A DNA stretch of 38,253 nt, from assembly GCA_963663805.2 (NCBI GenBank), contig CAXXMR010000029.1:1-38253 (forward strand), written 5' to 3'. Source of the DNA: Sedimentisphaerales bacterium. Lineage in GTDB: Bacteria > Planctomycetota > Phycisphaerae > Sedimentisphaerales > SM23-30. Below the pieces are notes generated by a model that had not been told where the DNA came from, searched no databases, and worked only from the letters and a program-made list of their open reading frames with translations. A program made the position numbers and the translations under genes. Each line of letters starts with the position of its first letter. The first letter of the stretch is position 1. Below are positions 26,936 to 37,731 of this stretch, piece after piece.

Positions 26936-29146
26936 ATGACTATCAAAAGCAGAATAATTACCACAAGTTTGTCGGGCATAATGGTAATGGCATTGGTTAT
27001 AATTGCCATTTTGATGTCTCAGAAATCGAATCTGGAATCAAAAGTGCGTCAGGAATTGAACGAACAAGCCAAACAGGAATGTGTATCCAATACCCGCAAT
27101 ATATATCTGATGCTGAGAACCCAGCAGGAGAGCATTAAGCAGAAAGTCGCCAGCGACCTCAAAGTTGCTCAGAATATTATGGACCGGTTCGGCCAAGTAA
27201 ACTTTGCCTCAGAAACCGTCAACTGGAAAGCAACAAACCAGTTCACCAAAGAAAGTCAACAAATAGATCTTCCCAAAATGATGTTCGGTGCTACCTGGCT
27301 GGGACAGAATCAGGATATCAATATCGAATCCGAAATCGTAGATAAGGTTCAAGAACTGGTAGGCGGAACCTGCACAATTTTTCAAAGAATGAACGAATCA
27401 GGCGATATGCTGCGGGTAAGCACCAATGTCAAGAAACTTGATAACACCCGGGCGGTGGGCACTTATATTCCCGCCCACAATCCCGATGGCACCGAAAACG
27501 CGGTTATCGCAGCGGTGATGAAAGGCGAAACTTTTGATGGCCGTGCTTATGTCGTTAATGACTGGTATATAACCTCATATCAGCCAATATTCGGCGAAAG
27601 CCAAAAAGTTGTGGGTGTGCTTTATGTTGGGGTCAGACAGGAAAATATAAAAGAAGTACGCCAGGGTATTACGGACATTACCGTAGGCAAGACCGGCTAT
27701 GCTTATATTTTGGGCGGCTCGGGACAGCAGGCCGGAGAATGTATAGTACATAATGGCAGTAAACTCCAGGGCGAAAATATTTTGAAAATCGCAGATGTTG
27801 ACGGCAATCATTTCGTTCAGTCTCTGATAAATAAAGCCAAAAACGCCCCGGAAGGACAATGTGACTCCGAAAGGTACCTCTGGAAAGATAGCGACGATGC
27901 CGAGCCAAGATGGAAAATCGCCAGTGCCGCATATTTCGCACCCTGGGACTGGGTGATAGTTGCCAGTGCCTACGAAGATGACTTTCAGGATGCCGCCCTG
28001 CGCGTTAAAGACTGCCTCAACAATCTTATGATGTGGAGCAGTCTGGGAGCGATTGTGACCTTATTGGTTTGCGGTTTTCTTTCACTTATGATTGCCCGCA
28101 ATATCATCCGGCGAATTAACGCAACGGCAGAGGTGTTAAGAGATCTCTCGGAAGGCGACGGCGATTTGACCAGAAGATTTGAGGTCGATGACAGTAACAG
28201 CAAAAACGAAATTGACCAAATGGAGCAAAACTTCAACAAGTTTGTCGATAAGATTCATAAACTCGTCTGCAAAATCTCCGAAAATGTTTTGTGCCTGAAC
28301 AATGCTTCCACCGAATTGTCGGGCACGTCCACCCAAATGGCAGGAGGCGCCGAAGAAATGAGTCGGCAAGCGGTTTCGGTATCCAGTGCCTCAGAGGAAA
28401 TGGCCACGAACATAGCCAATATATCCCAGTCGACCGAACAGATGACAGCAAACATGAAGTCTGCGGCAGCGGCAGCAGAAGAAATGACCGCCAGTATTAC
28501 GGAAATCGCCAAAAACGCCGAGCAAGCCTCGCAGGTAGCCGACCGGGCAGCAGAACTCGCGACGGTAAGTAATGACCGCATCAGCCAACTGGGTAAGGCC
28601 GCCGATGAAATCGGCAAGGTCATCGAAGTCATTCAGGACATCGCTGAACAAACCAATTTGCTGGCCCTGAACGCCACTATCGAAGCCGCCCGGGCCGGAG
28701 ATGCCGGCAAGGGGTTCGCGGTAGTCGCCAATGAAGTCAAAGAACTGGCCAAGCAGACCTCCGAAGCTACCGAAGGAATCAGTAAACGTATCGAGGCCAT
28801 CCAAAACTCGACAAATGAGTCGGTAGAGGGAATCGCACAAATCAGCGAAGTTATCAATAATGTCAATCAGGTTTCACGCAGCATCGCCTCAGCGGTCGAG
28901 GAGCAAAGCATAACCACCAAAGAAATCGCTCAGAACGTCACACAGGCAGCCTCCGGTTCCGAAACAATATCACTTAGCGTTTCGCAGTCAGCCGCCGCCA
29001 GCCGGGAGATTACCCAAAATATTGCCCAGGTGGACCAGGCCGCTCAAAACACTGCTAAAGGAGCAGAGACGGTCAATTCCGCCAGCGGTAATCTGACAAA
29101 ACTTGCCGCTCAGTTGCAGGAAAATATCAGACAGTTTAAAATCTAA
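26936..29146 (+). CDS. Methyl-accepting chemotaxis protein with Cache_3/Cache_2-type sensor domain
   Basis: [32 protein letters not shown] and signalling [37 protein letters not shown]. Confidence 0.95.
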   Translation: MTIKSRIITTSLSGIMVMALVIIAILMSQKSNLESKVRQELNEQAKQECVSNTRNIYLMLRTQQESIKQKVASDLKVAQNIMDRFGQVNFASETVNWKATNQFTKESQQIDLPKMMFGATWLGQNQDINIESEIVDKVQELVGGTCTIFQRMNESGDMLRVSTNVKKLDNTRAVGTYIPAHNPDGTENAVIAAVMKGETFDGRAYVVNDWYITSYQPIFGESQKVVGVLYVGVRQENIKEVRQGITDITVGKTGYAYILGGSGQQAGECIVHNGSKLQGENILKIADVDGNHFVQSLINKAKNAPEGQCDSERYLWKDSDDAEPRWKIASAAYFAPWDWVIVASAYEDDFQDAALRVKDCLNNLMMWSSLGAIVTLLVCGFLSLMIARNIIRRINATAEVLRDLSEGDGDLTRRFEVDDSNSKNEIDQMEQNFNKFVDKIHKLVCKISENVLCLNNASTELSGTSTQMAGGAEEMSRQAVSVSSASEEMATNIANISQSTEQMTANMKSAAAAAEEMTASITEIAKNAEQASQVADRAAELATVSNDRISQLGKAADEIGKVIEVIQDIAEQTNLLALNATIEAARAGDAGKGFAVVANEVKELAKQTSEATEGISKRIEAIQNSTNESVEGIAQISEVINNVNQVSRSIASAVEEQSITTKEIAQNVTQAASGSETISLSVSQSAAASREITQNIAQVDQAAQNTAKGAETVNSASGNLTKLAAQLQENIRQFKI

Positions 29147-29174
29147 CTAACCCCTGAGGGGAGAAAACTCCCAA

Positions 29175-29218
29175 CCGGCATGGAGTGGTTCATTACCCAT
29201 TCCATGCTGGCCCTTTTT
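29175..29218 (+). terminator. Intrinsic terminator after the MCP gene
   Basis: 14-bp stem CCGGCATGGAGTGG/CCATTCCATGCTGG (with G-U pairs), followed by CCCTTTTT. Confidence 0.65.
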
Positions 29219-29285
29219 GGTCTCTTACAAATGATATTTTACGCAAAATGGCAACAATATTCCCGAAAACGCGTGTACATAATTA

Positions 29286-29393
29286 AATTAGTTGCCGTTA
29301 AAAATCCGCGTAATCCGTATAATCCGCGATTAAATATTTCCGTTGTGTTGTTTTGAATTTTGGGCTTAGAATTTCCAGCTTATCTGGGTCAGG
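29286..29393. repeat. Intergenic repeat with TAATCCGYR-type nonamers; inverted homologue of 12521-12623 and 12720-12734
   Basis: Reverse complement ...CTGGAAATTCTAAGCCCAAAATTCAAAACAAC...GGATTATACGGATTACGCGGATTTTTAACGGCAAC aligns with the 12.5-kb copy. Confidence 0.8.
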
Positions 29394-29502
29394 CAGACTT
29401 TTGCCCCCCCACAACCAATCCACACTCCCGCCCTGGTATTTGTTTTTCTTAACAATTTTGCCAAACCGACGTAAAAACAACCTTGAGAACTCTGATTTTT
29501 CT

Positions 29503-29531
29503 TTGCCAACCCAGTAATCTCCCGATAAAAT
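29503..29531 (+). promoter_or_regulatory. Sigma70-type promoter for mrp
   Basis: TTGCCA, 17 nt spacer, TAAAAT. Confidence 0.55.
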
Positions 29532-29579
29532 ATCGAGGTAATAATCGAAGATTTACCCTGATATGTGTGAGAGTTATAA

Positions 29580-30383
29580 ATGCAAAATAAAGAAGAACAA
29601 ACTCAGATTCAGCAGCGTATGAGTCAGATTAAAAATAAGATACTCGTCCTCAGCGGTAAAGGCGGCGTGGGCAAAAGTACCGTCTCAGCCAACCTTGCCA
29701 TATCCCTCGCTCAGGCCGGCAAAAAGGTCGGACTGCTCGACATCGACATCCACGGGCCAAGCATCCCCAAAATCCTCAAACTGGAAGACCGACGACTTAC
29801 ATCAACCGAAGACGGCGGCTCCATTATGCCAGTCCCCTTTTCTGAGAATCTGATCGTAATGTCAATCGCCTTCATGCTGGAACATAATGACAGCCCCGTC
29901 GTCTGGCGCGGCCCAATGAAATATCAGATGATCAAACAGTTCCTCAAAGACGTGGAATGGGGCAAACTGGATTACCTCATTATCGATTCCCCACCCGGCA
30001 CCGGTGACGAACCTCTTTCGATTATCCAGCTGCTGGAAAACGCCAACGGTGCGGTCATCGTCACCACGCCGCAGCAGGTCGCCTTGTCCGACGTAAGAAA
30101 AGGCGTTCGCTTCTGCAAAAAATTGGACCTGCCCATCATCGGCGTAATAGAAAACATGAGCGGTTTCGCCTGCCCCAAATGCGGCGAAATAACCGACATC
30201 TTCAAATCAGGCGGCGGCAAACAAATGGCCGACGAAATGGAAGTAAACTTCCTCGGCTCAATCCCGATAGACCCCCAAATTGTCCTCTCCTGCGACGCTG
30301 GCGAACCATATGTCAAACATTATGGGCAGAGCATTGCGGCTCAATCGTTCAAAGAAATAATCAAACCCATTCTGGCTCTTTAA
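29580..30383 (+). CDS. mrp: Mrp/NBP35 (ApbC) Fe-S cluster carrier ATPase
   Basis: SGKGGVGKST, DIDIHGPSIP, VVWRGPM, DSPPGTGD and ENMSGFACPKC. Confidence 0.93.
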   Translation: MQNKEEQTQIQQRMSQIKNKILVLSGKGGVGKSTVSANLAISLAQAGKKVGLLDIDIHGPSIPKILKLEDRRLTSTEDGGSIMPVPFSENLIVMSIAFMLEHNDSPVVWRGPMKYQMIKQFLKDVEWGKLDYLIIDSPPGTGDEPLSIIQLLENANGAVIVTTPQQVALSDVRKGVRFCKKLDLPIIGVIENMSGFACPKCGEITDIFKSGGGKQMADEMEVNFLGSIPIDPQIVLSCDAGEPYVKHYGQSIAAQSFKEIIKPILAL

Positions 30384-30535
30384 ATGGACATAATCGGCGT
30401 TTTTTGTTAATATGGGTAATCTACAAATAGTCTATGATGATTATTTAAGCTTATTTTGAGTGTTTTTTTTACGTTTTTTGAACAAAAAACAGCGTTTTTT
30501 TCGTTTTTAACCGCACGGGTTTGGGTAATAAGGGC

Positions 30536-30564
30536 TTGCAATGGTCCGGGCTTTGGATTATAGT
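30536..30564 (+). promoter_or_regulatory. Sigma70-type promoter for tRNA-Ser
   Basis: TTGCAA, 17 nt spacer, TATAGT. Confidence 0.6.
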
Positions 30565-30589
30565 CCTCTGGCTTGGCGAGTTTCGCCTT

Positions 30590-30677
30590 GGAGAGATGTC
30601 CGAGTGGCTTAAGGAGCAGCCTTGGAAAGGCTGTGTACGGTTTATCTGTACCGCGGGTTCGAATCCCGCTCTCTCCG
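30590..30677 (+). tRNA. tRNA-Ser(GGA), long variable arm, CCA not encoded
   Basis: Acceptor GGAGAGA/TCTCTCC; anticodon arm CAGCC-TTGGAAA-GGCTG; variable arm GTAC..GTAC; T arm GCGGG-TTCGAAT-CCCGC. Confidence 0.97.
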
Positions 30678-30703
30678 TTTTCTCAGGGGTCGGCTAATGA
30701 TTA

Positions 30704-32574
30704 TCAATCCTCGTAGAGTACTTCGGAAGTTCTGGAGATTTTCGCAGGCTTACGGCTGGGGTCGGGTTTGAAGGTCATGGTCACTTCGGGCATTTTGTCG
30801 ATGCGAGCGGTGATTGTCAGGCCCTGATTGGCGGCAATATGGGCCGGCAGGGTTATCCTCTGGGCAATTCTGCCGAGGGTGAACATGTCGCCGGGCATAC
30901 AGGTTACGTAGGTACTCAGGAAACTCAGCATTTCCGCCGGCATAACAACATAATCGCCCACTGAACCAGCAACCCTGCCGATACCGGGAATCTCCAGAGT
31001 CATTTCCAGCTTGGCAATCTTATCCAGCGGCATCTCGACCAGGTCGGGCAGGACAATATTAAAATCATCAGCCCAACGGCCATAGACCACCGGCAGAGCC
31101 TGCTCCTGTGAGGTGGCAGGCTGAATGAGTATCTCATCGAAAGAACGGTCGCTAAGGGAAATCAACGGCGTCAGACCTAAAATATAAGAAGTCGCATCTT
31201 CGACGGTTACTTTTCGAGCGAGTTTTTTGACGACAAAAGCCAGTTCCACGCCAATATCCAGCGAGGTGGTCCGGGGCGGAATCTCGACTTCGGCACCGGT
31301 TGCGGCCAGCGAAGAAGGCGGAGCGTTCAGCAGACGCGGATAACGGGAAACCTTTATCGATTCGACTTCTTCGACCTGTTTATAATTGCCATAACTGGTC
31401 CAATACTGACGCACCTGGTCCAGCGACCAGTCGGCGGTATTTTTGATTTCGATTTGATTACTTTCAATTAAATCACGTATCGCCGGTGAAGGATGCAACG
31501 CTTTTGACGGATCGTTCTCGTCCCGCCAGTCGTTAGTATTGACGTTCACTACGCGGTCGGTGAGCTTGCCCATACCTTCGATTTCGACCTGAATATAATC
31601 ATCCGGGCCATATTCCATATCCATACAAGGCAGCCCGTCAGTGCCCATCGTGCCCAGATGAAGGACATCGCCGGGGTAAACGGTCCCAAACGAGGAATAC
31701 CACTGAATCACTCTTTCCACGCCCAGCAGATGACAACCGGTATAGGTACGATTACGCAAATGGCCCGACTCACGGTTCCATGCCAGCAAATCGTAAAAAT
31801 TATCAAATTCATCCTTAGTGACCAGATAAGGGCCCATAGAGCTATGAGTGTCGGCCATTTTGCCGCACCAGGAACACATAGCCTCCAGAAACCAGTCCGT
31901 CCCTTCGGGTAAACGCCAGGTGTCATACTTACCGTTGACAATGTTATAGAAGCCATCGGAGGCGGCATCGATTACCGGCACAAAACCCGCGACATAATCC
32001 AGGGCCCGATGAGCGGGGATATACCGCCTTTCTTGCCGATTACCACCCCTAATTCAATATTGAAACCCCAGCTAAGGATATTTTCCGGCAGCACCAGAAT
32101 ATCGTCCGGGCCCAAAACAGAGGCCTGCGGGCGATTGTGTCCCTGCGGGAAAAGGTTGGTGCAGGTACGGTTGGGATTATTGCGAATGAACGAAGGGCCG
32201 TTCTGGACCAGGCCAAAAAATATGCGCGGACGCGGAATCGGAGCCTTCAGCTTCATACCCGCCAGAGGACGACCAGACAAGTTCAGTACACGATGGTCCG
32301 AACCACTTTTCAGACTAACCAGCAGAACCTGCTCCAGATGCTTCAGGTCAGCCATGCCTTCTTCTTCCAAAGCCAGAAAACCCGCTAAATCAGCAGGCCA
32401 GCCCTGCCGGAAACTCTCACGGGACAGCCAACGGCCCATCGTAGGCAGTTCACACCGTTTCATCGACTTTACCAATTGCTGCGGATTAAATACCCAGTCT
32501 TCCTGAAACACCGGATGGTGAATAAGAAAACCCCAAAACTCCTGACCGTCTTCCTGATAACTTAACAGCTTCAT
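30704..32574 (-). CDS. Fumarylacetoacetate-hydrolase-family protein with two tandem FAH domains; split by a 1-nt frameshift near 32027
   Basis: Domain 1: APIPRPR..NIELGVVIGKKG, then in the next frame RYIPAHRALDYVAGF..MGPYLVTKDE..PGDVLHLGT..VEIEGMGKL. Domain 2: DIGVELAFVV..YILGL..PGDMFTLG. Confidence 0.8.
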
Positions 32575-32594
32575 TTTAAACCCAAACCACTTTA

Positions 32595-34625
32595 CTACTT
32601 TGTACCCATAGAATAAATTGTCAAGCCGGTCAGATCCTTTTGACATCCGCCGGTCATTAAACTAACAATATAACCGACCAGACAGGCAGTTACCAGTGAA
32701 AACGTACCAAACAGGAAAAAGTGCAGGGAGGTATATTCCTGAACAGCAAATATGGCGACACAGGAGACCGCCGCCCCCGCCAGAGCGCCGGCGGCATTAG
32801 CCTTGCGAGTAAGGGCACCCAGCATGAAGAACCCGCCCAGTCCGCCGATGAATAAACCAACCATTCGGCTGACCAGATCCCACAGTGATTTAATATCATA
32901 GGTCGCCATCATGATGGCAGTAGCCGTACCAAACAAGCCGAACAGAACGGTCAGAATCCGTGCCAGGCGTAATTGAGATTCACCGCTGAGATGGTGTTTC
33001 TTCAAAACAAAGTCGGAAATCACCGCCGCCGAGGCACTGTTCATACTGCTGTCCAGGCTGCTCATCGCCGCGGCAAAAACCCCGGCAATCAATAAACCTG
33101 GCATCCCCGTCGGCAGCTCATTGAGGATAAACCAGGGAAAAATCGAATCGTTACTCATCCCCACATCGAGACTCGTTGAGTGCTTACAGTAAAACATATA
33201 CAACGCCGTGCCCAGTGCGAAAAACAAGAGGCTAGACGGTATCGTCAGTATCGCACTGGTCCAAAGCGATTTCTGGGCAGCCTTTTCCGATGGCGTGGTC
33301 AGGTAACGCTGCACCACGGTCTGGTCCGAAACATAGGTCAGATGAGCCGCCAACGCGGAAACCAGAATAACCAGCAAAGTCGGTCGGGTAAGGTTCCAAC
33401 TACGTTCACCCAGCGAAAATTTACCCGCATCCCAGGCCTGGGCAGCCAGAGTACCAATATCACCATCCAGACGCATGAGAATCAGCACCATGCAAAGCAG
33501 CGCCCCGCCCAGCAGTACTATCACCTGAAGCACATCGGTCCAGATAACCGCTTCGATACCGCCCAGCACGGTGTAAATCGTACAAAGCAGCCCCATAATG
33601 ATAATGCACCAGGTGACCGGAATATTCGTAACCGTCGCTAACGCCAGCGCCGGCAGAAACAACACGACTCCCATCCGCATAAGCTGCATCAGGACATAAA
33701 TCGCCGAAGCGAACATCCGCACCGAAACACTAAACCGCTTTTCGAGATATTCATAAGCAGTCATCACATTCAACCGACGATAAAACGGAATGAAAATAAA
33801 AGCCGTAATCGGGGCCGCTATCAACAAAATACACATATTCGGAATAAAATAATGCCAGTTGGAACTGTACGCCTTGGCCGGCATCGCCATGAAAGTTATC
33901 GCCGAAAGCTGAGTACCGAATATACTCAAACCCGCCGCCCACCAGGGTACACGCCGGCCCGCCAGAAAAAAGTCGTCAGCAGTTTTTTCCCGCCTGGAAA
34001 AATATCCGCCCATCAGAACCATCGAAAGAAGATAAACCGCTAGAATAATGTAATTCAGTTTGCCAAAGGCTTTGCTGCTGATTTGCTGCAAAGAAAGTAT
34101 CAACTCCGCGTCGGCATCCTGCCGGTCAACATCCGACGACAGCACCGCGGATTGCTTCCAGGTGTCAGTCAGAGTATGGTAATCATAAATTTTACCATCT
34201 TCGGTAATCAAGGCAATATCGCTTTGGCCCAGTGAGACCGCCCGGACAATATTACTCGTCAATTGCTCAGACGAGAACTCTTTCCAGCCGCCGATTTCAA
34301 TGTCGTATTTATAATTAACACCATCGGTAAAAAGCCAGAGACAATCGTCGAAACCATCGTGCTGAATAGCCGCCGCCGCGTTTGACAGCGAAAAACTGCC
34401 CGGACTGACCAACTCCTGCCACTGGCCCGTACCACCTTCATCAAAACGCCAGAAGCGAACTTGTCCCTCGGTTGTATTGCCCGCCAGAAAAAACATCTCG
34501 GCAGTACGTACCTGAACAAAATCATCATAAGGCTCAGGCATATCAGGCAGAATGGCAGCTTGAATACCAGAAACAGTTACCACAAATATCAGCGACAAAT
34601 AAAACACCATGTTTTTTTTGAGCAT
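32595..34625 (-). CDS. Sodium:solute symporter (SiaT-like) with an exported Kelch-like N-terminal extension
   Basis: DFFLAGRRVPWWAAGLSIFGTQLSAITF, GGIEAVIWTD, DQTVVQRYL and FAAAMSSLDSSMNS. About 190 extra N-terminal residues with a signal peptide. Confidence 0.88.
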   Translation of the reverse strand: MLKKNMVFYLSLIFVVTVSGIQAAILPDMPEPYDDFVQVRTAEMFFLAGNTTEGQVRFWRFDEGGTGQWQELVSPGSFSLSNAAAAIQHDGFDDCLWLFTDGVNYKYDIEIGGWKEFSSEQLTSNIVRAVSLGQSDIALITEDGKIYDYHTLTDTWKQSAVLSSDVDRQDADAELILSLQQISSKAFGKLNYIILAVYLLSMVLMGGYFSRREKTADDFFLAGRRVPWWAAGLSIFGTQLSAITFMAMPAKAYSSNWHYFIPNMCILLIAAPITAFIFIPFYRRLNVMTAYEYLEKRFSVSVRMFASAIYVLMQLMRMGVVLFLPALALATVTNIPVTWCIIIMGLLCTIYTVLGGIEAVIWTDVLQVIVLLGGALLCMVLILMRLDGDIGTLAAQAWDAGKFSLGERSWNLTRPTLLVILVSALAAHLTYVSDQTVVQRYLTTPSEKAAQKSLWTSAILTIPSSLLFFALGTALYMFYCKHSTSLDVGMSNDSIFPWFILNELPTGMPGLLIAGVFAAAMSSLDSSMNSASAAVISDFVLKKHHLSGESQLRLARILTVLFGLFGTATAIMMATYDIKSLWDLVSRMVGLFIGGLGGFFMLGALTRKANAAGALAGAAVSCVAIFAVQEYTSLHFFLFGTFSLVTACLVGYIVSLMTGGCQKDLTGLTIYSMGTK

Positions 34626-34671
34626 AGGCAAAACCTCAAACCTTGGTTAATCTACGTCAGCCATTATACCA

Positions 34672-35868
34672 TCATTTCATTTTGGGCACAAATCCGCTTT
34701 CCAGCCATTCAATATTGAATCGAATCAGACAAATATTTTCAGCATACATTTCCTCGCCGCACTCAAACACACAAAGAATCGTACCGCCTTTGGTAACAAT
34801 CATATCCGAATAACCGCCCAGACCGGGAAAAATATTCTTTGAGACCGGCCAGGTCTTGCAGTCGTCATAACTCATCTTCACAGTCAAATTCTTACGCCCC
34901 TCACTAGGCGCAATCGCACCGCCCGGAATACTCACCGCGGGATTCAAAAATAGCACCCGCCCCGGCGTATCGCTCTTGGCATCGGGGAAAGAATACCGCA
35001 CCATCGAGGCATGACACTTCGGCTCCGGCAAATCTTCAGCAACGCCAAATTCCGTAAAAGTCTCACCCCCGTCACGGCTAATAGCCCACGAACGAAAACC
35101 CCAACTTTTCGGATCATGATTACGATTATTGATATAAACCGAACCATCGGAAAGCTCAACCACACACCCTTCGCCCGTATAACCCTGAGCAGCCCCGCCC
35201 CAATGCCAGCTCTCGCCATGGTCATCGCTATAAGCCAGCGTATTACACGCTTCAGGACCAACCCGCTCCCACTTCTTACCAAAAAAACGCCCCGGCACAA
35301 TCAACCGTCCCTCATAAGGCCCCTTCTGCAGCTGAATACCACGCCCGATGAACCAGGCCAGCCCGCCATTCTTATAAGTAAACAGCTCCTTCGTAAAATC
35401 ACGTCTGCTCCAGGTCTTGCCGTTATCGCCGCTCATACTCACCTTGGACCACGAGCCAATCTCAATCCCCTTTTGCGGATTGTTAATCATCCACGCTTCG
35501 GTCATCGCCTTGCCGTCGGCATCATTCATAGGCCAGTAACGATCGAACTGAAAAACCTTTTGCCCCGTTTCATCCACCAGATCAGCCATTTGGTATTCGG
35601 TCGTATCCTGCCAGGTCTTGCCGTCGTCGGTGCTGTATTTGATTTTCGTAGCGTCCTTGCCGCCGGCGTCACGCATGTGGCCCATCTTCAAGATACCACT
35701 AACCACAATCGTACCATCCGGCATCTGGACAATCTTTGGACCGCGAAAATGGTCTTCATTTTTCGTACGCTGAAAAACCATACTCTGCTCAAACAAAGGC
35801 TCCGCAGCAGTGCATACACTCACCAAAAACATCGCTATCAAAGCGCAGGGAATCAACATCTTAGTCAT
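34672..35868 (-). CDS. Secreted GH33-like exo-sialidase
   Basis: FRGP (FRIP variant); five Asp-boxes (STDDGKTW, SGDNGKTW, SDDHGESW, SRDGGETF, SYDDCKTW); EGCVVELSDG..NNR, GRKNL and GGYSDM. Confidence 0.85.
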   Translation of the reverse strand: MTKMLIPCALIAMFLVSVCTAAEPLFEQSMVFQRTKNEDHFRGPKIVQMPDGTIVVSGILKMGHMRDAGGKDATKIKYSTDDGKTWQDTTEYQMADLVDETGQKVFQFDRYWPMNDADGKAMTEAWMINNPQKGIEIGSWSKVSMSGDNGKTWSRRDFTKELFTYKNGGLAWFIGRGIQLQKGPYEGRLIVPGRFFGKKWERVGPEACNTLAYSDDHGESWHWGGAAQGYTGEGCVVELSDGSVYINNRNHDPKSWGFRSWAISRDGGETFTEFGVAEDLPEPKCHASMVRYSFPDAKSDTPGRVLFLNPAVSIPGGAIAPSEGRKNLTVKMSYDDCKTWPVSKNIFPGLGGYSDMIVTKGGTILCVFECGEEMYAENICLIRFNIEWLESGFVPKMK

Positions 35869-35893
35869 AACAATCATCCTTTCGCAAAATCCT

Positions 35894-37543
35894 TTAGTGT
35901 AAAGGCGGGAAAGCCGGATACGGCTCCAGCTTGGCACGTTCCACACGCGTAACTTTCAGACAATTAACCCCCGACCCGTAAGCACCGTCAAAATTGACAT
36001 TGGGCATACAGAAAACATAATCTGTATCGAGATACATCGCCAGGTTCCAAAAACGATTATCCCGTCCCTCAAAATCATCCACATCCAGCAGATATTCCCA
36101 GCTTTGCATATTATTACGTGTACGCGCCAAAGCCAGCCGATTACGCGGCATCTGCGGCGCCGAAGCTTCGCTGGTATCTTCATATACCCAGAACACGAAA
36201 ATCTCACCGGTCTGGTAATCCCGTGCCGTATTGAACGCACACATCGTCGCCGGCAAATCATAAAGTATCTGAATATCTTTACTCCACGTACTGCCGTTAT
36301 CGGTCGATTCCGAGTAAACCAGATACCCCGTGTCACTGCGACAGATCAGACGCAAATTACCATTAGTCAGCTCGACAACTTCAGCCTCCTGCAAATTCTC
36401 ACCCGTAGTACTCAAATCCAGCCGCCAGGGACATTCCTGCCAGCTCCCCCCCTCGTTATCGCTATACCACACCCCTACCCCGCCATCCTCTTCCGCCGCC
36501 CCGCCTTCACCCCCGGTACTGGTAGCCCAGAATATCCGGCCCGAAGAAGTCTGACGCACCTTACTGTTCATCGTGCAGTAAGGACCAGACACGGTCTGCA
36601 TCCACGAAAGATCACCCCAGGTCACACCATCATCCGTGGAAATCTGCGAAGCCTGTTTCATCTGAAAATTAGGATGAGGACTTACCAGATACTGATAAAT
36701 ACTCAGCAAATTACCGCTCTGCAAACGAATAATATTCGTCGGTCCCGCCCAGCCGCAGGTCACATTGTCAAACACCGTTGTCGCCGTCCAGCTAATCCCG
36801 TCCATCGAACGGGCAAATCGTGTCGGCGAATTACGATGAATAACAAATTCCCCATTATTACGCTTAACAATATTCCCACCGCTGCTGTTGTACCCACCCG
36901 GATAGGTCATATAATACGAAGCCACCCCATCCTTAACCGGGGCCGTGCCGTAATGCAGAATATTGTCAAAATCCGCTTCAACATGGTCGGCATAAACACC
37001 CACCTGACCATAATTGGTATTGTACATCACATTAGCCGAACATTTCAGCTCACTGTTGACATAAAGCTCAATCAAATTGCCAGTAGCAACCAGCTTCAAC
37101 TCGTACCACGTATCCGCCTGAAAAGAATCATTAACGCTGGTCAGCAGATAATTACTGCCGTCCCAGTATTCGGTTATCCGCCATTGCCCCCGCTCCAGAC
37201 TATAACCCGCCCGCACCAGCGAATACTCATCCAGATTGTACCGGCAAGCCAGATAAACACCACCGCTGCCCAACTGCTTCACCCGAACCCGCACCTTAAC
37301 CACCGGGTCCTGAGTAAAAACATGCAAAGTCCCGTGAGCTTCCACACTGTCATCCGTAAAAGCCCAGACATTATCACCAGCCCCATAAGCACCCACCGCC
37401 GCCGTGCCTTCGTGAACCTGCCAGTGACTCACCGAACTGCCGACAGGCTCGTCATTGAAAGTATCGTAATAACAATACTTCTGCTCAGCAATAACCGTCA
37501 GCGTAAGAGAAAGAACCAAAACAAGCGACAAAAAACGCTTCAT
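35894..37543 (-). CDS. Secreted BNR/Asp-box sialidase-like protein with an N-terminal ConA/DUF1080-like domain
   Basis: Signal peptide; WYELKLVATGNLIELYVN..GQVGVY; Asp-boxes STDDGVTW, SDNEGGSW and STDNGSTW; LQEAEVVELTNGNLRLICR. Confidence 0.78.
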   Translation of the reverse strand: MKRFLSLVLVLSLTLTVIAEQKYCYYDTFNDEPVGSSVSHWQVHEGTAAVGAYGAGDNVWAFTDDSVEAHGTLHVFTQDPVVKVRVRVKQLGSGGVYLACRYNLDEYSLVRAGYSLERGQWRITEYWDGSNYLLTSVNDSFQADTWYELKLVATGNLIELYVNSELKCSANVMYNTNYGQVGVYADHVEADFDNILHYGTAPVKDGVASYYMTYPGGYNSSGGNIVKRNNGEFVIHRNSPTRFARSMDGISWTATTVFDNVTCGWAGPTNIIRLQSGNLLSIYQYLVSPHPNFQMKQASQISTDDGVTWGDLSWMQTVSGPYCTMNSKVRQTSSGRIFWATSTGGEGGAAEEDGGVGVWYSDNEGGSWQECPWRLDLSTTGENLQEAEVVELTNGNLRLICRSDTGYLVYSESTDNGSTWSKDIQILYDLPATMCAFNTARDYQTGEIFVFWVYEDTSEASAPQMPRNRLALARTRNNMQSWEYLLDVDDFEGRDNRFWNLAMYLDTDYVFCMPNVNFDGAYGSGVNCLKVTRVERAKLEPYPAFPPLH

Positions 37544-37612
37544 ATTAAACCTTTCCAAAGCGGTGATAATCTAAACAAAAACCATAACCATTCACAGTTC
37601 TTTTCTTTCAAA

Positions 37613-37705
37613 GACCCCAAAGGGGTCGTAAGAACGCATAGCCGGGCGGCGTAAGCCCCCGGATAATAGCAAAAAATAACCATAAGCCCCAAAGGGGCGA
37701 AAGAA
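37613..37705. repeat. REP-like cluster of three GC-rich palindromes
   Basis: GACCCC-AAA-GGGGTC (37613-37627), CCGGGCGGC-GTAA-GCCCCCGG (37642-37662) and GCCCC-AAA-GGGGC (37686-37698). Confidence 0.75.
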
Positions 37706-37731
37706 ACTACTGTCAATGATTAACACAAAAC

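Noticed and set aside
30590..30720. Genomic island integrated at tRNA-Ser
   Set aside because: No integrase and no duplicated tRNA 3' end noticed in the window; cannot be excluded beyond the window edge.
35011..37654. Long plus-strand ORFs (313 and 516 aa)
   Set aside because: Antisense shadows of the two sialidase genes, with no protein motifs.
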